Below, in pieces: positions 57,428-64,000 of a DNA stretch of 64,000 nt (the stretch's first letter is position 1; every line of letters begins with the position of its first letter). Source of the stretch: Corallococcus caeni. Lineage in GTDB: Bacteria; Myxococcota; Myxococcia; Myxococcales; Myxococcaceae. The notes under the pieces are model-generated. The model worked only from the letters and a program-made list of their open reading frames with translations, was not told the origin of the DNA and ran no database searches. The translations under genes and the position numbers were made by a program. The stretch lies in NCBI RefSeq assembly GCF_036245885.1, contig NZ_BTTX01000008.1; one strand, 5' to 3'.

Positions 57428-60256
57428 ATGCGGATCGCCGCCCAGAATGGCGCGCCTCAACTGTTCGCGCGCACGCGCGCACGCTCCAAACCGGACGGGA
57501 GGCGGGACTTGGCGGAGGTAGCGAGGGGTTTGAAGCTGGAAGTGGAGGCGGACGCCGCGGCCATCGCGGCCCGCGCCGCGGAGGAGCTGGTGGAGGCGGG
57601 GCTGACGCCCTTCCACGAGCGGCTCCTCGCCGAGGAGTTGCTGGCGCGCAGCGGTGACACGCAGCAGCGGCTGGCCAACGCGCTGGCCGAAGCGAAGGTG
57701 GACCTCAACCCCCACCAGGTCGAAGCGGCGATGTTCGCGCTGGACGCGCTGTCGCGCGGCGGCTGCATGCTGGCGGACGAGGTGGGCCTGGGGAAGACCA
57801 TCGAGGCGGGCCTCGTCGTCGCCCAGCTCATGGCCGAGGGCAAGAACCGCATCCTCATCCTGGCCCCGGCGGTGCTGCGCGCGCAGTGGAACGCCGAATT
57901 GCGCGAGAAGTTCGACCTGGACAGCGTCCTCGTCGACGGCCGCGACGTGAAGAAGCACAACAACTGCTTCGACCAGCCCTTCCCCGTCATCTGCTCGCAC
58001 CCGTTCGCCGCGAACAAGTCCGCGCTCGTGTCGGAGATTCCCTGGGACCTGGTCATCATCGACGAGGCCCACCGCCTGCGTAACGCGCACCGGGCCAACA
58101 ACAAGACGGGCCAGGCGCTGCGCGCGTCGCTGGCGGGCCGCCCCAAGCTGCTGCTCACCGCCACCCCGCTCCAGAACGACCTGATGGAGCTGTTCGGCCT
58201 GATGTCGCTGCTGGACGAGCAGATCCTGGGCCCCGAGCACGCCTTCCGCAGCCGCTACCGCGCCGACGAGGGCGGCGGCATGACGGAGGCCGCCGCGTGC
58301 GAACTGAAGGAGCGGCTGGCCCCGGTGGTGCAGCGCACGCTGCGCCGCCAGGTGCGCGAATACGTCCGCTACACCAACCGTCGCAGCATCGTGGAGGACT
58401 TCCACCCGTCGCCCCAGGAGCACGACCTCTACGAGAAGGTCAGTGAGTACCTGCAGCGCTCGGAGGCCGCGGCCATCGAGCCGGGCAAGAAGACGCTCCT
58501 GACGCTGTGCTACCGCAAGCTCCTGGCCTCCTCCACGTTCGCCATCGCGCCCACGCTGCGGCGGCTGTCGGAGAACCTGGAGAAGCGCCTGACGGCCGCA
58601 CGGCTGGGACAGCAGGCCCTGTCGCTCTTCGAGCCGGAAGAGGCCAAGCAGTTCGTGGAGGAAGGCGAGGAGTGGTCCGACGACCCCGCCAAGGCGCCCC
58701 AGGTCCGCACGCTGGAGCAGGAGGTCTGGGAGCTGCGCCAGTACGCGGACCTCGCGGACTCCATCCGCATCAACGCCAAGGGTGAGGCCCTCAAGCGCGC
58801 GCTGGACCGCACCTTCGCGGTGATGCGCACGCACTCCTGGCCGGAGAAGGCGCTCATCTTCACGGAGTCCAAGCGCACGCAGCAGTACCTCTTCAACCTG
58901 CTGTCGGAGCACGGTTACAAGGACAAGATCTCCCTCCTGTCCGGCGACGCCGGCGGCACGCCCGAGGAGCGCCGGGCGCTGGTGGAGGAGTTCCGCCACA
59001 AGACGCAGATCCTCATCTGCACGGAAGCGGGCGCGGAGGGCCTCAACCTCCAGTTCTGCAACCTGGTGGTGAACTACGACCTGCCGTGGAACCCGCAGCG
59101 CGTGGAGCAGCGCATCGGCCGGTGCCACCGCTACGGCCAGCAGCGCGACGTGCTGGTGGTGAACTTCCTCAACCGGCAGAACGCGGCGGACGCGCGCCTG
59201 TTCGAGCTCCTGGAAAAGAAGCTCAACCTCTTCGACGGCGTGTTCGGCGCGTCGGATGAAATCCTGGGCGCGCTGGAGAGCGGCGTCGACTTCGAGCGCC
59301 GTGTGCTGGACATCTACCAGTCCTGCCGCGACCCGAAGGACATCAACGTCGCCTTCGACAAGCTGCGCGAGGAGCTGGAGGGCAGCATCAACCAGCGCAT
59401 GACGTCGATGCGCTCCGTGGTGCTGGAGCGCTTCGACGGCGACGTGCGCCGCCGGCTGCGCGTGGCGGGAGACGCGGCCAAGGAGGTGGTGGCCAAGCGC
59501 CAGCAGGAGGCGAAGGCGCTCACCGGCTCCGTGCTGGGCAGCCGCACCTCCGGACGGCTCCAGGTGGCCAAGGCCGCCTACGCGGTGCGCGACCGCACCC
59601 AGGACACCGTCAGCTACCTGCAGCTGGACGCGGCCGGCCTGCCTTCACGGCTGGCGCGGCTGGCCGGCAGCGAGGGCTGGTGGTTCGTCTACAAGTTCGA
59701 GACCACCGGCCTGAAGCCGGAGGAGAAGCTGGTCCACCTGGTGCTGGTGAAGGACCGGGACGGCGGCTTCCGGGCCCTGCCGCTGACGGACGGTGTCCAC
59801 TTCACGAAGCTCGACGCCAAGGAGGAGAAGCGGCGGCAGCCCGCGCCGGTGTCGGTCCAGCTCATGCAAGAGCAGTCGCTCATGACCGCCAAGGATGAGC
59901 TGATTCGGGCCGCGGAACGGCGCAACGCGTTGGAGCTGGACAAGGCCAAGGAGCGCGCGGACCGCTACGTCGAGGACTGCCTGATGGAGTCGCGCGAGGT
60001 GGTGGAGGCCGCGCGCCAGGCGTGGTTCGACGCGCGCAAGGACGTCTCCGGCATCGAGGACGTCGCGGAGCGCGCGAAGGCGCGGGCGCACTCGGACCGC
60101 CTGGAGCGCGACTACCGCCGCAAGCTGGCGTCGCTGCGCAATGAAGAGGAGAAGCGCTACGCGTCCAAGGACCGGCAGCTGGCGGAGCTGGCCAACAAGG
60201 GGCGCGTGACGGAGAAGCGCACCCTCATCGCCTCCGCGTACTTCTGGCTGTCCTGA
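57428..60256 (+). CDS. SNF2-family (Swi2/Snf2) helicase/ATPase with a ~300-aa uncharacterised charged C-terminal domain
   Basis: SNF2 N-lobe motifs (LNPHQVEAAMF, I LADEVGLGKTIEAG, II VIIDEAHRLRN, III LLLTATPLQN) and C-lobe helicase motifs (LIFTES, TEAGAEGLNLQ, QRIGRCHRYGQ). ATG at 57428; the ORF track fuses it to upstream sequence. Confidence 0.8.
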   Translation: MRIAAQNGAPQLFARTRARSKPDGRRDLAEVARGLKLEVEADAAAIAARAAEELVEAGLTPFHERLLAEELLARSGDTQQRLANALAEAKVDLNPHQVEAAMFALDALSRGGCMLADEVGLGKTIEAGLVVAQLMAEGKNRILILAPAVLRAQWNAELREKFDLDSVLVDGRDVKKHNNCFDQPFPVICSHPFAANKSALVSEIPWDLVIIDEAHRLRNAHRANNKTGQALRASLAGRPKLLLTATPLQNDLMELFGLMSLLDEQILGPEHAFRSRYRADEGGGMTEAAACELKERLAPVVQRTLRRQVREYVRYTNRRSIVEDFHPSPQEHDLYEKVSEYLQRSEAAAIEPGKKTLLTLCYRKLLASSTFAIAPTLRRLSENLEKRLTAARLGQQALSLFEPEEAKQFVEEGEEWSDDPAKAPQVRTLEQEVWELRQYADLADSIRINAKGEALKRALDRTFAVMRTHSWPEKALIFTESKRTQQYLFNLLSEHGYKDKISLLSGDAGGTPEERRALVEEFRHKTQILICTEAGAEGLNLQFCNLVVNYDLPWNPQRVEQRIGRCHRYGQQRDVLVVNFLNRQNAADARLFELLEKKLNLFDGVFGASDEILGALESGVDFERRVLDIYQSCRDPKDINVAFDKLREELEGSINQRMTSMRSVVLERFDGDVRRRLRVAGDAAKEVVAKRQQEAKALTGSVLGSRTSGRLQVAKAAYAVRDRTQDTVSYLQLDAAGLPSRLARLAGSEGWWFVYKFETTGLKPEEKLVHLVLVKDRDGGFRALPLTDGVHFTKLDAKEEKRRQPAPVSVQLMQEQSLMTAKDELIRAAERRNALELDKAKERADRYVEDCLMESREVVEAARQAWFDARKDVSGIEDVAERAKARAHSDRLERDYRRKLASLRNEEEKRYASKDRQLAELANKGRVTEKRTLIASAYFWLS

Positions 60257-60277
60257 AGCCTCCGGCCATGGGCCCCG

Positions 60278-60616
60278 CTAGAGGGGCTTGAGCCGCACCC
60301 ACGTCGCGCCCCAGCCTCCGTCCGCCTCGGAGGCGGTCTGGAAGCCTTCCACTTCCGGCAGCGTGGGCAGCAGGGACTGCACGGTGCGCCGCAGCGCGCC
60401 CGTCCCCTTGCCGTGGATGATGCGCACGTCCAGCACGCCCTTCTGGCGACAGGCCCAGAGGTACTCGGTGACGAGTTCCTTCACCTCGCGAGGCTGGAAG
60501 AGATGCAGGTCGAGGTTTCCATCGACCGGAATTTCTACCGCTCCCAGCTCATCGGGCGTGGGCGGAGGCTCCGGCCCCTCCGGCGGCAGGGGCGGGAGTG
60601 GCTTTCGGCGTGACAC
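60278..60616 (-). CDS. Smr (small MutS-related) domain protein
   Basis: Smr motifs DLHLFQPREV...RIIHGKGTGALR. Pro-rich N-terminus. Confidence 0.7.
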   Translation of the reverse strand: MSRRKPLPPLPPEGPEPPPTPDELGAVEIPVDGNLDLHLFQPREVKELVTEYLWACRQKGVLDVRIIHGKGTGALRRTVQSLLPTLPEVEGFQTASEADGGWGATWVRLKPL

Positions 60617-60860
60617 CGTAGCGGGCCTCCTCCAGGCGGTGCTTCTCCTCGGCCGCCAGACGCTGGCGCTCGCGCGCGAGCCGGAACTGTTCCTTGAGGC
60701 TGGTGATCTCCCCCTTGAGCGAGGTGATCTCCTCCTTCACCGCGCCCTGCGGGTGGGCGTTCGCCTCGTCGACGTGGTTGCCCGCCCGCTTGCCTTCCGA
60801 GCCGGCACCACCGGCGGAGGTCATCTGCATCAGCAGGGCAGCCAGGGTCATCGCCTTCAT
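60549..60860 (-). CDS. Small secreted coiled-coil protein (hypothetical)
   Basis: Signal peptide MKAMTLAALLMQMTSAGGAG, a heptad-like EEITSLKGEITSLKEQFRLARERQRLAAEEKHRLEEAR, and a strong GC3 bias. Its 3' end overlaps the Smr start by 68 nt in another frame. Confidence 0.45.
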   Translation of the reverse strand: MKAMTLAALLMQMTSAGGAGSEGKRAGNHVDEANAHPQGAVKEEITSLKGEITSLKEQFRLARERQRLAAEEKHRLEEARYGVTPKATPAPAAGGAGASAHAR

Positions 60861-60898
60861 GGCCTTTCACGTAAGCAAGCGGCGTGCTCGCGCGCAAG

Positions 60899-61957
60899 TC
60901 ATGTTGCGTGAGCAACGCTTCGCTGGCCGCCCTCCTCCTTGTGTGACACGACGCGTTCCGCGAGCCGGACGGCGGACAGGGGCGCGCTGCCCTCCGCCTT
61001 GTTGTTGATGGTCACGAAGACGGGGCGCTCGCGCCGCACGGCCGCCATGCACACGCGGGCCAGCACGTCGCGGGTGCCCACGTCCTCGTCCACCAGCCGG
61101 TTGAAGGGCGCGTAGCGGGCGTAGGCCTCCTCGTAGCCGAGGTTCGGCGGCAGCATCCAGCGCACCACCACCGCGCGGGCCTCGAAGGCGCGCGTGAGCT
61201 TCGCCTGCCGCGCGACGGGCGGCATGTGGGCCCACACCGCGAGCACCGGACTCACGCCCGTGTCCGCGAGCGCCTGCGCGAAGCCCTCCGTGAGCAGTTC
61301 CTCGTTGCGGACCTCCACGGCGTACAGCGGGCCCTTCGGCAGCGCGGAGAAGAACGCGTGCAGCCGCTCCACGAAGCGGCCCGCGCCCCCCAGCGCCGCG
61401 GGGTCCTGCGGCGGGAACTGGAAGACGAGCGGGCCGGCCTTGTCCCCCAGCCCCTCCAGGAACGGCGCCACCACGTGGTCCACCGCGTAGGCCGCCTGGA
61501 GGAACCGGTCGTTCACCTGCCCCCGGTGCGCGCCGTAGCGCTCGTGCACGGGGAAGCGCGCCAGCGTGCAGGCCTCGTGGGCCTTCACCAGGAAGCGGAA
61601 GCCGTCCGGCACCTGCTGGGCGTACTCGGCGAAGGTGGCCGCCGGCACGGGCGCGTAGAACGTCCGGTCGATGCCCACCGTGCGCAGCACCGGGTGGTGC
61701 GCATAGGCGGCCAGGCCCTCGCGCGCCAGCTGCGTGGTGCTGGCCTCGTGGTCGTAGACGAGGCCGTTCCAGCCGGGGAAGGTCCACGACGACGTGCCCA
61801 GGTAGACGCCCTGGGGGAGCTGCTCGCCCAGCATGCGCAGGCTGTCGGACGGCTCGGCGGGCCCTACCGGCTGGGTCCGGCGCCGTGAGGACACGGGGGG
61901 CTCCTCCACCACGCCGGTGAAGAGGTCGAACTGCGCGGGTCGTCGCGATGCGCTCAT
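60899..61957 (-). CDS. DUF72 (UPF0759) family protein
   Basis: Conserved DUF72 N-terminal GTSSWTFPGWNGLVY and a TIM-barrel-like length; 352 aa. Confidence 0.7.
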   Translation of the reverse strand: MSASRRPAQFDLFTGVVEEPPVSSRRRTQPVGPAEPSDSLRMLGEQLPQGVYLGTSSWTFPGWNGLVYDHEASTTQLAREGLAAYAHHPVLRTVGIDRTFYAPVPAATFAEYAQQVPDGFRFLVKAHEACTLARFPVHERYGAHRGQVNDRFLQAAYAVDHVVAPFLEGLGDKAGPLVFQFPPQDPAALGGAGRFVERLHAFFSALPKGPLYAVEVRNEELLTEGFAQALADTGVSPVLAVWAHMPPVARQAKLTRAFEARAVVVRWMLPPNLGYEEAYARYAPFNRLVDEDVGTRDVLARVCMAAVRRERPVFVTINNKAEGSAPLSAVRLAERVVSHKEEGGQRSVAHAT

Positions 61958-62247
61958 GCGTTCAGCTCCTCTCCCAGGCGGAAAACCGAGGTGGGCCCCA
62001 GGGAGTAATCCCGGAGCCCAGGCGATGCAGCAGGTTGCCTGGAATCAGGGCGACGTTCCAGGTTTCTGGCACGCCCTCCAGGCGGACGGGCACGCACGGC
62101 CTGTCTCCCTCCCAACGAGACGGTCTGTGATTGGCGGGGCGTCCAAATGCAAACGCAGGCGAAGCGCTGTAAGCTATTCAAACCAAGGATTTCCGCACTA
62201 CATCTGTAAAGCTTGACCGTGGTTGCAACGGCCGGCTGGGGGGCATC

Positions 62248-63171
62248 ATGGACTGGTCGTTGACGGCATCCCTGCTCGCCGAGCGGGACACGCGCCCCAT
62301 CGTCGTGATGGACCGGCGCGGCCGCATCGAGCTGGCGAATGGCGCCTTCACGTCGCTCTTGGGCCGGCCCCGCGAGGAGTTGCTGGGGCGCCGCTGGACG
62401 GAGGTCTGCACGCCGCCGGAACACGGGCGCGAGGTGGGCCAGGCGCTGCGGGCCGTCTTCACCCACGCCGAGCACCGGCTGGAGACGCAGGTGCTCACGC
62501 GCGGCGGCGAGCGGCTGTCGGTGGAGCTGGACGTGACCGCCGTGGGCCGGCCGCCGCTGCGGCTGGTGGCCATCATCATGCGCGCGTCACCGCCGCTCTC
62601 CGTCCCGGAGCCCACCGCCAGCGCCGGGCCGTCCCGCGCCTCCGGCCCCCACCAGGACCTGAACTATGAAATCTCCACCGAGCTGGCGTCGTTCGGCACG
62701 CTCAAGGCGGTGTGGACCTCCGGGCACGCGCAGCAGGAGGAGATGGTGGGCCAGCCCTGCTTCGGCGCCTTCGCCCACCGCGACGCGCCCTGCCTGGACT
62801 GCCCGCTGACGGCGACGTCCCCCGCGTCCTGGCCCCACACCATCGTGCGGCAGGCCTCCGAGCACGGCGACGGCTACGAGGTCGTCACCGCCACGCCCAC
62901 GGGCGCCGGCACCGCGCGCGTCAGCGTGCACACCATCGGTGACGCCACGCTCAGCGGCCTCTTCGAGGCGAAGGTGCGGAGGATGGCGAACGCGGCGCGG
63001 CTGTCGGAGCGGGAGGGCGATGTGTTGCGATATCTCGCGCTCGGCCGCTCGCCTACCGACATCTCCACCGTGTTAGGGATTACCGAGCGCACCGTAAAAT
63101 TCCATCAGGCGAACCTGCTCCGGAAGCTGGGAGCGGAGACGCGGTACGACCTGCTCCGCCTGTTCTTCTGA
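62248..63171 (+). CDS. LuxR-family transcriptional regulator with an N-terminal PAS domain
   Basis: PAS-like N-terminus (IVVMDRRGRIELANGAFTSLLGRPREELLGRRWTEV). C-terminal LuxR HTH LSEREGDVLRYLALGRSPTDISTVLGITERTVKFHQANLLRKLG. Confidence 0.75.
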   Translation: MDWSLTASLLAERDTRPIVVMDRRGRIELANGAFTSLLGRPREELLGRRWTEVCTPPEHGREVGQALRAVFTHAEHRLETQVLTRGGERLSVELDVTAVGRPPLRLVAIIMRASPPLSVPEPTASAGPSRASGPHQDLNYEISTELASFGTLKAVWTSGHAQQEEMVGQPCFGAFAHRDAPCLDCPLTATSPASWPHTIVRQASEHGDGYEVVTATPTGAGTARVSVHTIGDATLSGLFEAKVRRMANAARLSEREGDVLRYLALGRSPTDISTVLGITERTVKFHQANLLRKLGAETRYDLLRLFF

Positions 63172-63376
63172 CCAGGGCGCCTTCCCTCCGGGACAGCTTT
63201 CGCGGCGCGCGCCTTGCGACATGCTGGGGATTCGACTCCGGAGTCCGGGGGGTCGGGGGGGCCGTTGCCCATGGGCAGCGCCAGTCAAATCCGTACCATC
63301 AAAGACATACAGTCCTCATGGACTTCCGTCAAAGGGCATCCTGTCCGTGAGTGAAACTCCGGGCTGGGACGACGTG

Positions 63377-64000
63377 ATGCGGGAGTTCCTCCTCGAGTCC
63401 CGCGAGCACGTGCAGAGCATCGAGGCGACGGTGCTGGAGCTGGAGGCGCAGCCGGGCTCGCAGCCCCTGCTGGCGCAGCTGTTCCGCAGCCTGCACACCG
63501 TGAAGGGCACCTGCGGCTTCCTGGGCTTCACGCGCCTGGAGGCGCTGATGCACGCCGCCGAGGAGCTGCTCGGCCTGGCGCGCGACCGGCGCCTGGTGCT
63601 GGACCGCGAGCGCGTGTCCACGCTGCTGGCGCTGGCGGACGCGGCGCGCGCGGCGCTGGAGCACATCGAGGCGACGGGGCTGGAGCCCGCGGTGGACCAC
63701 GCCGCGTTGCTCGCGCGCATGGCGGGCGCGGCGACGGCGAACGCCCCCGTGGAGCTTTTGGAGCCCCTGACGCCCCCGGGCGCCCTGCCCTGGCGCGGCG
63801 CCGCCACCGGCGTGGACTCCAAGCTGCGAGTGGACGTGGCGCTGCTGGACCGGCTGATGAACCTGATGGGCGAGCTGGTGCTGGCGCGCAACCGCATCCT
63901 CCAGTGCGCGGCCTCCCCCACGCCGGGCGCGGACCTGATGACCGCGTCGCAGCGGCTGGACGTCGTCACCACGCAGGTGCAGCAGGTGGTGATGAAGACG
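63377..64000 (+). CDS. cheA: CheA-type chemotaxis histidine kinase, N-terminal part (Hpt domain; continues beyond the window)
   Basis: Hpt phosphorylation motif LFRSLHTVKGTCGFLG, followed by the start of the dimerisation domain (LDRLMNLMGELVLARNRI). An alternative GTG start lies at 63347. Confidence 0.75.
   Translation, partial: MREFLLESREHVQSIEATVLELEAQPGSQPLLAQLFRSLHTVKGTCGFLGFTRLEALMHAAEELLGLARDRRLVLDRERVSTLLALADAARAALEHIEATGLEPAVDHAALLARMAGAATANAPVELLEPLTPPGALPWRGAATGVDSKLRVDVALLDRLMNLMGELVLARNRILQCAASPTPGADLMTASQRLDVVTTQVQQVVMKT

Noticed and set aside
62140-62160. Sigma-54-like TGGCAC element upstream of the PAS-LuxR gene
   Set aside because: TGGCAC is present (ttctggcacgccc), but the required TTGC[AT] at the -12 spacing is absent, so it is not a convincing RpoN promoter.
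63316-63972. 218-aa minus-strand ORF overlapping the CheA start
   Set aside because: The plus strand encodes an unmistakable Hpt domain (HTVKGTCGFLG). The minus-strand frame is an S/R/A-rich artefact.

Overview
High-GC (~69%) myxobacterial chromosome, almost certainly Myxococcus xanthus or a close relative. The gene content and order match the M. xanthus region holding the O-antigen ABC-transporter genes (wbgA-wzt-wzm), the bactofilin operon bacN-bacO-bacP-padC, and the xseA/xseB-ispA-dxs-tlyA housekeeping block. I found no mobile elements, CRISPR arrays or rRNA genes. There are two tandem identical tRNA-Gly(GCC) genes with an intrinsic terminator. The most notable structure is a 20-gene, uninterrupted minus-strand array from about 44872 down to 23633. 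In it a partial Tad/Flp-type pilus module (two FHA proteins, TadC-like, TadB-like, CpaB, and a Flp prepilin with a G/QAMVEY processing site) is directly preceded by an ECF sigma/anti-sigma pair. Upstream of that pair lie a DUF2085 CxxC membrane protein, two orphan OppD/OppF-type ABC ATPases and two standalone MshEN (c-di-GMP receptor, GspE-N) proteins. The array runs on without a break into xseA-xseB-RR-ispA-dxs-tlyA. The module lacks a CpaF/TadA ATPase, secretin and prepilin peptidase in this window. That is consistent with a split-locus Tad-like machine such as the Kil predation apparatus described for M. xanthus. To my knowledge the sigma/anti-sigma, MshEN and OppDF-like accessory genes have not been functionally described. 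Other items: a DUF4292 lipoprotein with ExbB/ExbD; a hybrid histidine kinase with a degenerate GGDEF tail; a REC-HD-GYP protein; a MoxR-DUF58-SNF2 helicase-Smr cluster; a zinc-ribbon membrane protein with no canonical start codon; a fatty-acid beta-oxidation cluster (FadE, MaoC, MaoC_N); a PAS-LuxR regulator; and a partial CheA at the window end. All product calls are from motif reading of the translated ORFs; no database search was run.
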